Notes: generated by a model not told the origin, from the letters alone. Shown: positions 10,923-27,073, numbered from the stretch's first letter. The stretch is DNA of 64,000 nt from Luteimonas sp. (GCA_036675265.1 JAKFFJ010000016.1:125-64124), one strand, 5' to 3'. Program-made: numbers and translations.

Positions 10923-11780
10923 TCAATCGTCCAGCGGGGAGACTTCGCCCGCGAACGGATTCAGCCTGCGGATGGCCCAGGGGTAGTCGGGCCAGTTCTC
11001 GCCGCGCAGCCACGGGTGCTGCGGGGCGTTGAGTTCCAGCACCCGGCGCGCGTCGGCGGCCAGCGTCTCGTTGCCGAGCCGGGTGTGCGCCTCGGCGATC
11101 ACCGCCACGGCGTCGTGCTGGTACATGCTCTGCGGGTAGGTCTCGAGCAGGTACTCGGCGCGGTTGGCGGCGGCCACCCAGGCACCGCGGCGCAGGTAGT
11201 ACAGCGCGGTCTCCACCTCGTGCCGGGCGAACAGGTTGGTCAATGCCACCATCCGCTCGCGCGCGTCGGCGGCGTAGCGGCTGTTGGGATAGCGCTCCAC
11301 CACGACGCCCAGGTCGCTGAACGCCTGGTGCGGCGCGGCGAGGTCGCGACGGCTGGCGTCCAGGCGCCAGACACGCTGCAGGAACACGGTGTCGCGGCCG
11401 GAATTGACCAGGCCGCGCAGGTAGTAGATGTACGGCACGTTGCGATGCGTCGGGTAGGTCCGCAGGAAACGGTCGATCGAGGAGATCGCCTCTTCGTGCT
11501 TGCCGGCCTTGTACTGCGCGTACGCGGTCTCCATCAGCGCCTGCTCGGTGTACGGCCCGTACGGGTACTGGGCCATCAGTCGCTCGAAGTGCTGCTCGGC
11601 GCGCGCCCAGTTGCCGCCGCGCATCGATGCATGGCCCCGCGCATAGAGCGTCTCGACCGGCACGTTCTCCAGCGATTCCTCCTCGCCACCGAACAGGTTC
11701 TTGACGCTGGCGCAGCCCGGGACGAGGGCGATCACCAGCAACAGGCCGGACAGGCGCAGGAGGGCAGGACGGAAGGTCAT
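10923..11780 (-). CDS. bamD: Outer membrane protein assembly factor BamD
   Basis: Lipoprotein signal LVPGC followed by TPR-like repeats ([23 protein letters not shown]...). Divergent from rluD, as in many proteobacteria. Start taken at MTFRPALL. Confidence 0.9.
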   Translation of the reverse strand: MTFRPALLRLSGLLLVIALVPGCASVKNLFGGEEESLENVPVETLYARGHASMRGGNWARAEQHFERLMAQYPYGPYTEQALMETAYAQYKAGKHEEAISSIDRFLRTYPTHRNVPYIYYLRGLVNSGRDTVFLQRVWRLDASRRDLAAPHQAFSDLGVVVERYPNSRYAADARERMVALTNLFARHEVETALYYLRRGAWVAAANRAEYLLETYPQSMYQHDAVAVIAEAHTRLGNETLAADARRVLELNAPQHPWLRGENWPDYPWAIRRLNPFAGEVSPLDD

Positions 11781-11828
11781 GGGCACGGGACGTGGGGCGC
11801 CGGGGGCAAGAGCCGGGATAATAGCAGC

Positions 11829-12833
11829 ATGCCTATCCCCGACCCGCCGCAGAAAGACGCCATGCCCCATGGTGCGGAAGCCCGCCGCGCAAGGGTTCCG
11901 GAAGGTGCCGCGGGGCGCCGGTTCGATGCCGTCCTGGCGGAACTGTTTCCCGAATATTCACGTTCGCGGCTCGCGGCATGGATCAAGTCGGGCAATGCGT
12001 TGCTGGACGGTGGGCAGGCACGGCCGCGCGACCCGGTCCGCGGTGGCGAGGTGGTCGACCTGGCCGTGGTGGTCCAGACCCAGGTCCACGCCGAGGCCGA
12101 GGACATCCCGCTGCGGATCCTCCACGAGGATGCCGACGTGCTCGTGCTCGACAAGCCGGCGGGGCTGGTGGTCCATCCGGGCGCCGGCAATCCCGCGGGC
12201 ACCCTGGTCAATGCCCTGCTGCACCACGATGCGTCGCTGGCCTCGTTGCCCCGCGCGGGCATCGTGCACCGCCTCGACAAGGACACGTCCGGCGTGATGA
12301 TGGTCGCGCGGACGCTGACCGCGCACACCGCGCTGGTGGCGCAGCTGTCGGCGCGCCAGGTGCACCGGCAATACCTCGCGGTCGTGGTCGGTGCGCTGGT
12401 GTCGGGCGGGACCGCCGCGGCGGCCATCGACCGCCACCCGCGCGACAGGATCCGCATGGCGGTGCGCGAGGACGGCCGGGATGCGATCACCCATTTCCGG
12501 CTGCGCGAGCGGTTCCGGGCCCACACGCTGCTCGAATGCCGGCTCGAGACCGGGCGGACCCACCAGATCCGCGTCCACATGGCGCACCTGAAGCATCCGA
12601 TCGTGGGGGATCCGCTCTATGGCGGTGCGTTGCGCCTGCCCAAGGGGGCGGCCCCCGGCCTGGTCGATGCGCTGCGCGGCTTCCGGCGCCAGGCGCTCCA
12701 TGCCGAATCGCTGGCGTTCGTGCACCCCGCCACCGGCGAACCGCTGCAATGCGAGGCGCCGGTGCCCGACGACATGCAGGCGTTGTTGCGTGCCTTGCGG
12801 GACGACGCACGCGCGAACGCGGAGCGTCGGTGA
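11829..12833 (+). CDS. rluD: 23S rRNA pseudouridine synthase RluD
   Basis: S4 domain, then [13 protein letters not shown] and HRLDKDTSG catalytic motifs. A later in-frame ATG (MPHGAE) is an alternative start. Confidence 0.9.
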   Translation: MPIPDPPQKDAMPHGAEARRARVPEGAAGRRFDAVLAELFPEYSRSRLAAWIKSGNALLDGGQARPRDPVRGGEVVDLAVVVQTQVHAEAEDIPLRILHEDADVLVLDKPAGLVVHPGAGNPAGTLVNALLHHDASLASLPRAGIVHRLDKDTSGVMMVARTLTAHTALVAQLSARQVHRQYLAVVVGALVSGGTAAAAIDRHPRDRIRMAVREDGRDAITHFRLRERFRAHTLLECRLETGRTHQIRVHMAHLKHPIVGDPLYGGALRLPKGAAPGLVDALRGFRRQALHAESLAFVHPATGEPLQCEAPVPDDMQALLRALRDDARANAERR

Positions 12834-13597
12834 GCACCGCGGCGCTGCTGGCGGACTGGCCGGCGCCCCCCGGCGTGGTGGCATTCACCACGCTGCGGCA
12901 GGGGGCAGGCGTGTCACGGCCTCCCTTCGACGCCTTCAACCTGGGCGCGCGCTGTGGCGACGACGCGGATGCCGTTGCCGCGAACCGGCGCGAACTCGTC
13001 GAGCGGTTCGGCCTGCCGGGGACGCCGGTGTGGTTGAAGCAGGTGCACGGGACCACGGTGGTGCGCGTGCCAGCGGGAGCCCCGGGGGAACCCGAGGCCG
13101 ACGCGGCGGTGACGGACGCGGAAGGCGTCGTGCTCGCGATCCTCACGGCCGATTGCCTGCCGGTGGTGTTCGCGGCCGACGACGGCAGCGAAATCGCGGC
13201 GGCGCACGCGGGTTGGCGCGGGCTGGCCGCGGGCGTACTGGAGGCGACCGTCGCGGCGATGCGCGCGCCGCCGGTGCGGTTGCTGGCGTGGCTGGGGCCC
13301 GCGGCGGGGCCGGCCGATTACGAAGTCGGCGCCGAAGTGAGGGACGCATTCGTTGATGGCGACGCGTCCGCGGCCAATGCGTTCGTGTCGACGCGCGAAG
13401 GGCACTGGCGCGTCGACCTCTACGCACTCGCCCGGTTGCGCTTGCGGCATGCGGGATTGCCTGCCGACGCGATCCACGGCGGGGGCCTGTCGACCATCGC
13501 GGCGCCGGGACGGTTCTTCTCGCACCGCCGCGACCAGCGCACCGGCCGCATGGCGACGCTCGCCTGGCGTCAGGCCCGCGCCAGCGCCTCGAGGTAG
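12830..13597 (+). CDS. pgeF: YfiH/PgeF family laccase-domain protein (purine nucleoside phosphorylase)
   Basis: The GTG start overlaps the rluD stop (GTGA). Motifs KQVHG, ADCLPV and HAGWRG are present. Conserved rluD-yfiH synteny. Confidence 0.8.
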   Translation: MSTAALLADWPAPPGVVAFTTLRQGAGVSRPPFDAFNLGARCGDDADAVAANRRELVERFGLPGTPVWLKQVHGTTVVRVPAGAPGEPEADAAVTDAEGVVLAILTADCLPVVFAADDGSEIAAAHAGWRGLAAGVLEATVAAMRAPPVRLLAWLGPAAGPADYEVGAEVRDAFVDGDASAANAFVSTREGHWRVDLYALARLRLRHAGLPADAIHGGGLSTIAAPGRFFSHRRDQRTGRMATLAWRQARASASR

Positions 13598-14937
13598 CCG
13601 CGCCGCCACGCGGTGATGTCGTGGCGCTCGAGCGTGTCCATCATCGCGCGCCAGCGCTCCCTTCGTTCGGCAAGGGGCATCACGTGCGCGACGGCGATCG
13701 CGTCGGCCACGCCGTCCACGTCGTACGGGTTCACCGCCAGCGCTTCCTGCAGTTCGCCGGCCGCGCCCGCGAAGCGCGACAACACGAGGACGCCCGGGTC
13801 CTCCGCGTCCTGGGCGGCGACGAATTCCTTGGCCACCAGGTTCATCCCGTCGCGCAACGGGGTCACCAGCCCGATCTCGGCCGACCGGTAGAAGCCGGTC
13901 AGGATGTCGTGCGCGAAGTTGCGGTTGACGTAGCGCACCGGGGTCCAGTCGGGCGACGCATGGCGACCGTTGATGTGCCCGGCCAAGCCCTCGAGCTCGC
14001 GGCGCAGGGCTTGGTACTCGGGCACGTCGCTGCGCGAGGCTGGCGCGATCTGCAGGAACGTGATCTCGCCGTGGCGGTCCGGATGGCGTTCGAGCAGCCG
14101 CTCGAAGGCCCGGAACCGGTCGGGCAGCCCCTTCGAATAGTCCAGCCGGTCGACGCCGATCGCCATCGCGCGGTCGGTCAGGCTGGCCCGCAGGCGCTGC
14201 ACGGCCGGCTTGAGGATGGCCTCGGCCGACTGCCGCGCGATCAGCCCGGTGTCGATGCTGATGGGGAACGCGCCGCCCCGGAAGCGCCGGCCCTGGGCGG
14301 TCTCCATGCGCCCGGGGGTCAGCACGCGCCCGCCGCCGTACAGGCGCACGTAGTCCTGGAAGCGCTCCAGGTCGCGCACGGTCTGGAAACCGACCAGGTC
14401 GTACGAGGACAGCGCATCGAACAGCTCGCCGTGTTCGGGCAGGGCGCCCAGCAGGTCCGAGGACGGCATCGGTACGTGCAGGAAGAAGCCGAGCTTGTTG
14501 CCGATGCCGCGTGCGCGCAGCTGCTGGCCGAGCGGGATGAGGTGGTAGTCGTGGATCCAGACGATGTCGTCCGCCTTCAGCAGCGGCGCGAGCTGGTCGG
14601 CGAACATCGCGTTGACCCGCCGGTAGCCGGCGTAGGTCTCGCGCGTGTAGTCGACCATGTCCAGGCGGAAATGCAGCAAGGGCCACAGCGTGCGGTTGGC
14701 GAAGCCGTTGTAGTAGGCCGCGTGGTCCTCGCGCGACAGGTCCAGGGTGGCGTACTCGATGTTGCCGTCGCGCAGGCGATGCAGCTCGCCGGTCGCATGC
14801 CGCACCTTCCTGCCACTCCAGCCGAACCACAGGCCGCCCTCTTCGGCCAGGGCCGCGCGCAGCGCCACCGCGAGCCCGCCGGCGCGGTCCTCGCCGGGCA
14901 GCGGCACGCGGTTGGAGACGACGACGAGCCGGCTCAT
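13570..14937 (-). CDS. otsA: Alpha,alpha-trehalose-phosphate synthase OtsA
   Basis: [12 protein letters not shown]...LWFGWSG...[15 protein letters not shown]...[10 protein letters not shown] are classic GT20 motifs. 455 aa. Confidence 0.93.
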   Translation of the reverse strand: MSRLVVVSNRVPLPGEDRAGGLAVALRAALAEEGGLWFGWSGRKVRHATGELHRLRDGNIEYATLDLSREDHAAYYNGFANRTLWPLLHFRLDMVDYTRETYAGYRRVNAMFADQLAPLLKADDIVWIHDYHLIPLGQQLRARGIGNKLGFFLHVPMPSSDLLGALPEHGELFDALSSYDLVGFQTVRDLERFQDYVRLYGGGRVLTPGRMETAQGRRFRGGAFPISIDTGLIARQSAEAILKPAVQRLRASLTDRAMAIGVDRLDYSKGLPDRFRAFERLLERHPDRHGEITFLQIAPASRSDVPEYQALRRELEGLAGHINGRHASPDWTPVRYVNRNFAHDILTGFYRSAEIGLVTPLRDGMNLVAKEFVAAQDAEDPGVLVLSRFAGAAGELQEALAVNPYDVDGVADAIAVAHVMPLAERRERWRAMMDTLERHDITAWRRGYLEALARA

Positions 14938-16736
14938 GTCGCGTCCTGCCAGGGACGGCTCAACCGCATCGCGGCGATGATCAGGCCGACGTGCGAATAG
15001 GTCTGCGGGAAGTTGCCCCACGCCTCGCCGGTGTCGAAGGCCAGGTCCTCCGACAACAGCCCGAGGGGATTGCGCTGCTGCAGCACCCGCTCGAACATCG
15101 CCCGCGCCTCGTCGACGCGGCCGATCGCGGCCAGCGCGTCGATGTACCAGAACGTGCAGATCGTGAAGCTCGTTTCCGGATGCCCGAAGTCGTCGGGTGC
15201 GATGTAGCGGAACAGTGCATCGTCGCGGCGCAGCTCGCGGCCGATCGCCTCGACCGTGGCCACGAAGCGCGGATCCTCCGGCGGCAGGAACCCGACGTCG
15301 GCCATCAGCAGCAGCGATGCGTCCAGGCGTTCCCCGTCGAAGGCGTCGGCGAAATGCCCCTGCTCCGCGTTCCAGGCCCGGTCGAGCACGCGCGCATGGA
15401 TCGCGTCGGCGCGGCCGCGCCAATGGGCGGCGCGGCCGCCCAGTCCCAGCCGGTCGGCGATCCTCGCCAGGCGGTCGCAGGCTGCCCAGCACATGACGGC
15501 CGAATAGGTGTGGACGTGCGTGCGACCGCGGAACTCCCAGAGGCCGGCGTCGGGCTGGTCGTGCAGCGCGAATGCGCGCTCGCCCAGCGGCTCCAGGCGA
15601 CGGAACATGTCCTCGTCGCCGGGGCGCTGCAACCGTCGGTCGTAGAACAGCTGCGACGACGCGAGCACGACGCTGCCGTACACGTCGTGCTGCTGCTGGA
15701 CCCACGCCAGGTTCCCGCATCGCACGGGTCCCATCCCGCGGTAGCCCTGCAGGGTGGGGACCTCGCGCTCGTGCAGTTCCGACTCGAAGCCGATGCCGTA
15801 CACCGGCTGCAGGACGTCCTCCTCCCCCGTGGCGAGGTTGAAGATGTAGCGCAGGTATTCCTCCATGGTGCGCGTCGCGCCGAGGCGGTTGAGCGCGCGC
15901 ACGACGAAGGCCGCGTCGCGCAGCCAGCAGTACCGGTAGTCCCAGTTGCGCGGCGTGCCCGGCGCCTCCGGGATCGACGTGGTGAGCGCGGCCACGATCC
16001 CGCCGGTGTCCTCGAACTGGCACAGCTTCAGCGTGATCGCGCTGCGGATCACCGCGTCCTGCCACTCCAGCGGGATCGACAGGAAGCGCACCCATTCCTG
16101 CCAGTACTCGATGGTCTGCTGCTCGGCGTCGCGGACGAACCGCTCCACCGGCTGCACCAGGGTCTCATCGGGGCCGAGCACGCAATGCAATTCGCGCTCG
16201 AGCACGAAGGGCAGCTCGTCGCGCACGAGCCGCAACGGCGCGTTGGTCGTCAACCGCAGCGTCATGGACGGGACCAGGTACCGCACGTGGTTGCTGCCCC
16301 AGGTGCGCTCGGGCCAGCGCCCGCCCCAGTCGGCCAGGGGGCGCAGGCGGATGCGGATGCGCGGACTGCCGGCGACCGGCCGCAGCCGCCGCACCACCAT
16401 CACCGGGCGGTAGAACCGGCCGTGCTGGCGCCACCGCGGCGCGCAGTCGGTGACCTCGACCGCGCCACCGTGGCGGTCGTGCAGCGTCGTGCGGAGCACC
16501 GCGGTGTTCGGGACGTAGTGCTGGTCGGCGTGGCTGAAGTCCTCCAGCTCGACCGCCCAGTCGCCACCGTCCAGCTGGGGCGACAGCAGCGAGCAGAACG
16601 CCGGTTCGCCGTCGAACGCCGGCACGCAGCCCCACACGATGCGCGCCCGGTCGTCCACCAGCACGCCGAAGCTGCCGTTGCCGATCAGCCCGAGGTCCAG
16701 GGTCGCGGTGCGCGTGGCGGCGTCAGGCGTACTCAT
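14934..16736 (-). CDS. Glycoside hydrolase family 15 (glucoamylase/trehalase-like)
   Basis: 600 aa. [13 protein letters not shown] and the C-terminal [13 protein letters not shown] are typical GH15 motifs. 4-nt overlaps with both otsB and otsA. Confidence 0.85.
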   Translation of the reverse strand: MSTPDAATRTATLDLGLIGNGSFGVLVDDRARIVWGCVPAFDGEPAFCSLLSPQLDGGDWAVELEDFSHADQHYVPNTAVLRTTLHDRHGGAVEVTDCAPRWRQHGRFYRPVMVVRRLRPVAGSPRIRIRLRPLADWGGRWPERTWGSNHVRYLVPSMTLRLTTNAPLRLVRDELPFVLERELHCVLGPDETLVQPVERFVRDAEQQTIEYWQEWVRFLSIPLEWQDAVIRSAITLKLCQFEDTGGIVAALTTSIPEAPGTPRNWDYRYCWLRDAAFVVRALNRLGATRTMEEYLRYIFNLATGEEDVLQPVYGIGFESELHEREVPTLQGYRGMGPVRCGNLAWVQQQHDVYGSVVLASSQLFYDRRLQRPGDEDMFRRLEPLGERAFALHDQPDAGLWEFRGRTHVHTYSAVMCWAACDRLARIADRLGLGGRAAHWRGRADAIHARVLDRAWNAEQGHFADAFDGERLDASLLLMADVGFLPPEDPRFVATVEAIGRELRRDDALFRYIAPDDFGHPETSFTICTFWYIDALAAIGRVDEARAMFERVLQQRNPLGLLSEDLAFDTGEAWGNFPQTYSHVGLIIAAMRLSRPWQDAT

Positions 16737-17485
16737 GCGCCTTGTCCGTCGGCAAGCCAGGCAAGCACGTCGGCCGGGTCGCGCAGGCCGAAGCGCGCGG
16801 CGCTGCCCTTGCGGCGCCCGACCAGCACGCTCAGGCCGTCGCGCGCGTTGACCACGTCGAAGCCGTGTTCGTCCGTGAGGTCGTCGCCGGCGAACACGGG
16901 GCGCCGCGCGCGGAAAGGCGCTTCCTCGAGGAACGCCGCAATGGCGTCGCCCTTGTCGGCCGATGCAGGCCGCAGTTCCACGACATGGTCCCCGGGCTGC
17001 AGCCGATAGCCCTGCAGCCAGGGCTGCGCCGCCGCCGCGAATGCGCGCAGGTCGTCGGCCGCACCGGGGGCGCCGCGCCAGTGCAGGGCCAGCGCCGCGC
17101 CCTTGTCCTCCACCAGTGCGCCGGGATGGCGGTCGGCGATCCGGCGTGCATCCTCCCGCACCTTCGCCAGCAGGGGCGCGGGCGGGGGCGCCTCGACCAC
17201 CCGACCGCTGGCGTCGCGGCGCTCGAGGCCGTGCAAGCCTGCCGACGGCAGTCGCAGCGGGCCGAACAGCGTGTCCAGGGTGGCGAGCGACCGGCCACTC
17301 ACGAGCGCCAGCGCGCCGTCCAACCGCGCGGAAAGGGCTTCGAGCGCAGCGCGCAGCGCCGCGGGCACCGCCACGGCGTCTGGACGGTCGGCGAACTCGA
17401 GCAGGCAACCGTCCACGTCGAGGAACAGCGCCCAGTCGTCGGCAGGCAAGGGCGGCCGTGGGCGTTGTGGGTCGTCCATGGGCAT
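16733..17485 (-). CDS. otsB: Trehalose-6-phosphate phosphatase OtsB
   Basis: HAD motif I FLDVDGCL. 250 aa. First gene of the otsB-GH15-otsA array. Confidence 0.88.
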   Translation of the reverse strand: MPMDDPQRPRPPLPADDWALFLDVDGCLLEFADRPDAVAVPAALRAALEALSARLDGALALVSGRSLATLDTLFGPLRLPSAGLHGLERRDASGRVVEAPPPAPLLAKVREDARRIADRHPGALVEDKGAALALHWRGAPGAADDLRAFAAAAQPWLQGYRLQPGDHVVELRPASADKGDAIAAFLEEAPFRARRPVFAGDDLTDEHGFDVVNARDGLSVLVGRRKGSAARFGLRDPADVLAWLADGQGA

Positions 17486-17554
17486 CGGGACATTGTGTCG
17501 GATCGGCCGTAGCGGCCGGGTTCACGCCGGCCGCCCCGCCGTGCGGGGGCGACG

Positions 17555-17582
17555 CTTGCATCGTCGCTTCACGCCCGCATCT
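17555..17582 (+). promoter_or_regulatory. Candidate sigma32 heat-shock promoter of clpB
   Basis: CTTGCA-N13-CCCGCATCT compared with the consensus CTTGAA-N13-15-CCCCATNT. Located 35 nt upstream of the clpB ATG. Confidence 0.5.
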
Positions 17583-17616
17583 GCAGGGTGGACCCGCACT
17601 TCCGGAGGACCCGTCC

Positions 17617-20202
<2,586 letters not shown>

Positions 20203-20209
20203 CCGGGGC

Positions 20210-22000
20210 TCAGGCCGCCGTCGCTGGACCGGTATCGGGTCCGGCCGGCCCGGCGGGCTTGCGGGCGGGGCGGTAGGGCGGGGTGGACATGACCATCTCG
20301 GCCAGGGAGTAGGCGAGCTCGCGCTCGGCCATCACCGCGCCGTCCGCACCGTGGGCGATGAGGTGCTGGACTTCACCGTCGCTGTGCGCGCGGGCGAGCA
20401 CGGTGATCCCCGGGTTGAGCGCCTTGAGGCGCTCGATCGTCTCGCCCGCCTCGAGCGCGTGCGGGATCGCGAACACCGCGAGCGCAGCGCGCTCCGGCGC
20501 CGCCTCCCGCATCACGCGCACGTTGGCCACGTTGCCGCGCACCGCCAGGAACCCCGCTTCGCGCGCGTCCTCGACGAGGTGCGCATCGTCCTCGACCACC
20601 ACCACCGGCACGTCGCGGTGTTGCAGCAGCGACGCGAGCTGCGCGCCCACCCGGCCGTAGCCGACCACGATCGCATGCCCCTGGATGTCGATCGGCACGA
20701 CGTCCGGCTCGGCGGGGCGGTTCGCTTCCTCCCGCGCCGAACGCTTCGCCTCCCATCCGTCGAGCCAGGAGAACAGGAACGGATTGGCCAGGATCGACAG
20801 CAGCGCGCCGGCCAGGATCAAGTCCCGGCCGGTCGGCGGCAGGATGTCCAGGCTCACGCCGAGCGCGGCCAGGATGAAGGAGAACTCGCCGATCTGGGCC
20901 AGGCTCACCGCGATCGTGCGGGCGGTCGTTTCCGGATGGCCGAAGGCGCGGACGATCGCCCAGGCCGCAAGCGACTTGCCGACGATGATCACCAGCACGG
21001 TCGCGAGCACTTCCTGCGGGTGCTCAATGAGCACGGACGGGTCGAACAGCATGCCGACCGCGACGAAGAACAGCACCGCGAACGCGTCGCGCAGGGGCAG
21101 GGAGTCCTGCGCCGCCTTGTGGCCGAACTCGGATTCGGCCAGCAGCATGCCGGCGAAGAACGCGCCCAGCGCGAACGACACGTCGAACAACGCGGTGGAG
21201 CCGAACGCCAGGCCCATCGCGATGGCGAGCACCGCCAGCGTGAACAGCTCACGCGAACCGGTGCCCGCGACGCGCTCCAGGATCCACGGCACCACGCGGC
21301 GCCCGACCACGAGCATGAAAGCAAGGAAGGCAGCGAGCTTCACCAGCGTGATCAGCAGGACCGTCGCGACGCTTGGTGGCTCGCTCCCGCCCCCGCCGTC
21401 GGCGCCCGTCGCTTCCACTGCCGCTTCCGCGATTTCGACGGCGGCGCCGGTCATCTCCGGGCCGGCATCGCCGCCGAGCAACGGCGCCAGCGCCGGCAGC
21501 AGGACCAGCGCCAGCACGGTCGCAATGTCCTCGACGATCAGCCAGCCGACCGCGATCCGCCCGCGCCTGGTTTCGACCAGGCGCCGGTCCTCAAGCGCGC
21601 GCAGCAGCACCACGGTGCTGGCCACCGACAACGAGAGGCCGAACACGATGCTCGCTCCGTGGGACCAGCCGAGGTACTCGCCCATGGCCCAGCCCAGCAG
21701 CGTCGCAACGGTGATCTGCGCGGCCGCGCCGGGCAGGGCGATCGCCTTCACCGAGAGCAGGTCCTTCAGCGAGAAATGCAGGCCGACGCCGAACATCAGC
21801 AGGATCACGCCGACCTCGGCCAGTTGCGATGCCAGGGCGACGTCCGCCACCAGGCCGGGGGTGTAGGGCCCGGCGAGGATCCCGGCCATCAGGTAGCCGA
21901 TCAGGGGGGACAGCTTCAGGCGGTTGGCCAGCGCGCCCAAGGCGAAGGCCAGCACGAAGCTGGTGACGAGCAGGCTGATCAACGAGGCTTCGTGCGGCAT
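20210..22000 (-). CDS. ybaL: CPA2 family K+/H+ antiporter with C-terminal TrkA-N domain (YbaL/KefB-like)
   Basis: N-terminus MPHEASLISLLVTSFVLAFALGALANRLKLSPLIGYLMAGILAGPYTPG closely parallels YbaL. The C-terminus has the Rossmann motif VVGYGRVG. An alternative upstream start lies at 22027. Confidence 0.85.
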   Translation of the reverse strand: MPHEASLISLLVTSFVLAFALGALANRLKLSPLIGYLMAGILAGPYTPGLVADVALASQLAEVGVILLMFGVGLHFSLKDLLSVKAIALPGAAAQITVATLLGWAMGEYLGWSHGASIVFGLSLSVASTVVLLRALEDRRLVETRRGRIAVGWLIVEDIATVLALVLLPALAPLLGGDAGPEMTGAAVEIAEAAVEATGADGGGGSEPPSVATVLLITLVKLAAFLAFMLVVGRRVVPWILERVAGTGSRELFTLAVLAIAMGLAFGSTALFDVSFALGAFFAGMLLAESEFGHKAAQDSLPLRDAFAVLFFVAVGMLFDPSVLIEHPQEVLATVLVIIVGKSLAAWAIVRAFGHPETTARTIAVSLAQIGEFSFILAALGVSLDILPPTGRDLILAGALLSILANPFLFSWLDGWEAKRSAREEANRPAEPDVVPIDIQGHAIVVGYGRVGAQLASLLQHRDVPVVVVEDDAHLVEDAREAGFLAVRGNVANVRVMREAAPERAALAVFAIPHALEAGETIERLKALNPGITVLARAHSDGEVQHLIAHGADGAVMAERELAYSLAEMVMSTPPYRPARKPAGPAGPDTGPATAA

Positions 22001-22061
22001 CGTGAACAGTGTAAACGCGGCGGGCACGGGTTCCGGCTACCGAGCCGGTAAAATCGGCGGA

Positions 22062-23978
<1,917 letters not shown>

Positions 23979-23979
23979 C

Positions 23980-24585
23980 ATGACCGGCCGGAACGTTCGA
24001 CTGGCTGCCGCTGCCGCGGCGCTGCTGCTGCTGGCCGGTTGCAGGCACCTGCAGGCCGCCGACGCGCACGACGTGTTCTTCGCCAACCTCCAGGCGCTAT
24101 GCGGGAAGGCCTTCGGCGGCACCGTGGAAGTCGACGAACCCGCCGCGCCCGGCAATGACGCCTTCGCCGGCAAGGCGCTGGTCATGCACGTGCGCGCGTG
24201 CGATGGCGACAGCGTGCGGATCCCGTTCCACGTGGGCGACGACCGTTCGCGCACCTGGGTGGTCACCCGCACGGCCGCGGGGCTTCGCCTGGAACACGAC
24301 CATCGCCATGCGGACGGGACGCCCGACGCCGTGACGATGTACGGCGGCCACACGGCCGGCGCGGGCGCGACGACGCGGCAGGAATTCCCCGTCGATGCAG
24401 CGTCCGTGGCGCTGTTCCGGCGGGAAGGGCTGGCTGCCTCGGTCACCAACACCTGGGCGATGGAACTGCTGCCGGGCGATCGCTTCACCTACGAACTCGC
24501 ACGACCCGGCGGTCGCCTGTTCCGCGTCCGCTTCGACCTGTCCGCGCGTGTTGCACCGCTTCCGCTGCCCCGGGGCAGCGATTGA
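23980..24585 (+). CDS. Hypothetical lipoprotein
   Basis: Signal peptide with lipobox LLLAGC. 201 aa. Starts 1 nt after the yheS stop. No family recognised. Confidence 0.6.
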   Translation: MTGRNVRLAAAAAALLLLAGCRHLQAADAHDVFFANLQALCGKAFGGTVEVDEPAAPGNDAFAGKALVMHVRACDGDSVRIPFHVGDDRSRTWVVTRTAAGLRLEHDHRHADGTPDAVTMYGGHTAGAGATTRQEFPVDAASVALFRREGLAASVTNTWAMELLPGDRFTYELARPGGRLFRVRFDLSARVAPLPLPRGSD

Positions 24586-24588
24586 CTT

Positions 24589-24638
24589 GTGGGAGCCGCC
24601 AAGGCGGCGAAGCGCTTCGCCGGCATGCCGGCTCCCAG
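24589..24638. repeat. REP-like compound palindromic element (intergenic, between convergent genes)
   Basis: GTGGGAGCCGCCAAGGCGGCGAAGCGCTTCGCCGGCATGCCGGCTCCCAG. It has an outer 8-bp stem (TGGGAGCC/GGCTCCCA) enclosing the palindromes GGCGAAGCGCTTCGCC and GGCATGCC. Confidence 0.6.
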
Positions 24639-24648
24639 GGGGGGGCGG

Positions 24649-25362
24649 TCAGTCGCGCAGGAAGTACTCCACCGTCGTCACCACCCGCACTTTCTTGACC
24701 TGCGGGCTGCCCTGGTCGCGGTCGCTGATCGACACCACGCCCTGGTTGGCGTTGCGGATGCCGCCCAGGGTCGCGCCGGAGTCCTTCGCGAACTGGACCG
24801 CGGATTCGCGCGCGTTCGCGGTGGCCTCGGCGATGAGGCCGGGCTTGATGTCGTTGAGGCCGGTGTAGTCGAACTCGGGATAGCCACCCTGCTCGAACAG
24901 CACCCCGCGGCCGACGAGTTCGCCACTGCGGCGCAGGGCGGCCAGCGCGTCGTCGACCCGCGTGGTCCGCAGGGTCACGGTCGTCGCGTAGCGGTAGCGC
25001 TCGGGCGGGCGGTTCTCGCCGAATGCATAGGTCCAGCGATCCTCCAGGCGCGGCGGCGAGACCGCGATCTCCTGCTCGGCGAATCCGGCGTCGGCGAAGA
25101 AGGCGCGGATCGTCGCCGTGTTGGCGTCCAGCTGGGCCGTCACTTCGCGCAGGTCGTTGCCGCCGACGAAATGCGGCATGGGCCAGACCACCAGGTCGGC
25201 ATCGACGATGCGTTCGGCGGATCCCTTGACCGTCACGTAACGGTCGTCGGTGCGGAGCTTCGCCAGGCCCTGCGCGGCGAACCAGCCCGCGCCGACCAGG
25301 CCGACGGCCACCAGCAGGGCGGCGATGATCCCGGCGATGCCGGGGGAAGGGCGGTGGTCCAT
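24649..25362 (-). CDS. SIMPL domain (DUF541) periplasmic/membrane-anchored protein
   Basis: N-terminal TM anchor, then VTVKGSAERIV... and a C-terminal VKKVRVVTTVEYFL, typical of the YggE/SIMPL family. Start taken at MDHRPSPG. Confidence 0.7.
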   Translation of the reverse strand: MDHRPSPGIAGIIAALLVAVGLVGAGWFAAQGLAKLRTDDRYVTVKGSAERIVDADLVVWPMPHFVGGNDLREVTAQLDANTATIRAFFADAGFAEQEIAVSPPRLEDRWTYAFGENRPPERYRYATTVTLRTTRVDDALAALRRSGELVGRGVLFEQGGYPEFDYTGLNDIKPGLIAEATANARESAVQFAKDSGATLGGIRNANQGVVSISDRDQGSPQVKKVRVVTTVEYFLRD

Positions 25363-25426
25363 GCGGGTCTCCGGTGGTTCGCGGCAGCCTACGCCGTCAT
25401 CGGCGCTTCGGCACAATGCCGGGCGC

Positions 25427-26602
25427 ATGGACAACGAACTCGTTTATCTGCTGCTGATCTTCGGCCTGCTGGTCCTCCCCCGCTGGCTGCAGCGCTTCAA
25501 GGTCCCCGCGCCGATCACCAGCCTGGCGCTGGGCATCGGCGCGATGCTGCTCTGGGGCGACCGCACCCATGACCCGGTGGTGGTGCTGCTGTCGACCATC
25601 GGCATTTCCTCGCTGTTCCTGTTCGCCGGGCTGGAGGTCGACCCTGGCGAGCTGCGCAAGGGGGTCCGGCAGCTGGCCACGCACCTGGCGATCCGGGTGG
25701 CGACGCTGTCGGGCACGGCCTGGCTCGCGTGGCGCTTCGTCGGCCTGGAGTGGCAGGCCGCGGCGCTGCTGGCGCTCGCCCTGCTGACGCCCTCGACCGG
25801 CTTCATCCTCGACACGCTGGAACGCCTGGGGTTGAACGAGGAGGAGCGGTTCTGGGTCACCAGCAAGGCGATCGCCGGCGAGCTGCTCGCGCTGGCGGCC
25901 TTGTTCTTCCTGCTGCAGGCGCACGACGCCATGCAGCTGGCCGCGTCCACCTCCGCGATGATCGCGCTCATCGTCGGGCTGCCGCTGCTGTTCATGGCGC
26001 TGGGCCGGTGGGTGGTGCCGCATGCACCGGGGTCGGAGTTCTCGCTGCTGGTGATGGTGGGGCTGGTAGGTGCGTTCGTGACCTACAAGCTGGGCGTGTA
26101 CTACCTGGTCGGCGCCTTCATCGCGGGACTGGCGGCGCGGTTGCTGCAGGTGCGGATGCCGACCCTCGCGTCGGCCGACAACCTGCATGCGCTGCGGCTG
26201 TTCGCGACGTTCTTCGTGCCGTTCTACTTCTTCCACGCGGGCACCGGGATCTCGCGGGAGGCCCTGAGCTGGCAGGCGCTCGCGCTGGGCGTGGCGATCA
26301 CCGTCGTGGTCGTCCCGCTGCGCATCGCGATCGTGTGGCTGCAGCGACGGGCGCTGTTCGGCCAGCGCGACGGCAGCAACCTGCGGGTGTCGGTGGCCCT
26401 GGCGCCCACCCTGGTGTTCACCCTGGTGCTGGCCAACATCCTGCACGCCCGGTTCGGCCTGCCCGACGTGCTGTTCGGCGCGCTGATCCTCTACACCGTG
26501 CTGAACACGATGCTGCCCTCGCTGATCCTGCACCAGCCGTTCGACATCGATCCGCTGGACGAGCGTGCCAGGCCGCATCCCGAGGACCGGATCGAGCGCT
26601 GA
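25427..26602 (+). CDS. Cation:proton antiporter (Na+/H+ exchanger family)
   Basis: 391 aa with about 11 TM segments. The N-terminal pattern LLIFGLLVLPRWLQRFKVPAPITSLALGI and LFLFAGLEVD is typical of the Na_H_Exchanger family. Confidence 0.8.
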   Translation: MDNELVYLLLIFGLLVLPRWLQRFKVPAPITSLALGIGAMLLWGDRTHDPVVVLLSTIGISSLFLFAGLEVDPGELRKGVRQLATHLAIRVATLSGTAWLAWRFVGLEWQAAALLALALLTPSTGFILDTLERLGLNEEERFWVTSKAIAGELLALAALFFLLQAHDAMQLAASTSAMIALIVGLPLLFMALGRWVVPHAPGSEFSLLVMVGLVGAFVTYKLGVYYLVGAFIAGLAARLLQVRMPTLASADNLHALRLFATFFVPFYFFHAGTGISREALSWQALALGVAITVVVVPLRIAIVWLQRRALFGQRDGSNLRVSVALAPTLVFTLVLANILHARFGLPDVLFGALILYTVLNTMLPSLILHQPFDIDPLDERARPHPEDRIER

Positions 26603-26679
26603 AGCCCACTTGATCAGGCGGGGGGCGGCCCCACAATGGCGTGCCGTACCCTGTTCGCCCAAGCGATCGACTGCACCCC

Positions 26680-27012
26680 ATGCCCATCTATGCCTTCGAG
26701 TGCGCCGCCTGCGGCCACGATTTCGACCGCCTGCAGAAGCTGTCCGACCCCGATCCGGCCGCGTGTCCCGCCTGCGGGGCGGACGCGGTCAAGCGCCAGC
26801 TGACCGCGCCGTCCTTCCGCCTGTCCGGTAGCGGCTGGTACGAGACGGACTTCAAGAAGGACGGCGACAAGAAGCGCAACCTCGCGGAAAAGGGCGAGGG
26901 CGCGGGCGCCACGAAGGAGGCGGCGAAGCCCGAGGCCAAGCCGGCCGAGGCGAAGCCGGCGGCCAGGGCCGAGCCCGCCGCAACGCCGAAAGCCAAGCCC
27001 ACGTTGGAATAA
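26680..27012 (+). CDS. FmdB family zinc-ribbon protein
   Basis: [33 protein letters not shown] has the CxxC...CxxC pattern. The tail is Lys/Ala/Pro/Glu-rich. Confidence 0.8.
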   Translation: MPIYAFECAACGHDFDRLQKLSDPDPAACPACGADAVKRQLTAPSFRLSGSGWYETDFKKDGDKKRNLAEKGEGAGATKEAAKPEAKPAEAKPAARAEPAATPKAKPTLE

Positions 27013-27073
27013 CCGTGGGTCGGCCGGCCGGCAGGCCGGTAAACTAGCGGGCTTTCCCGGCCTGCGATTCCCC

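Noticed and set aside
26641-26679. GTG start at 26641 for the FmdB-like gene (123 aa)
   Set aside because: Family members begin MPxYxxxC directly at the zinc ribbon, so the ATG at 26680 is preferred. The extension has no supporting features.
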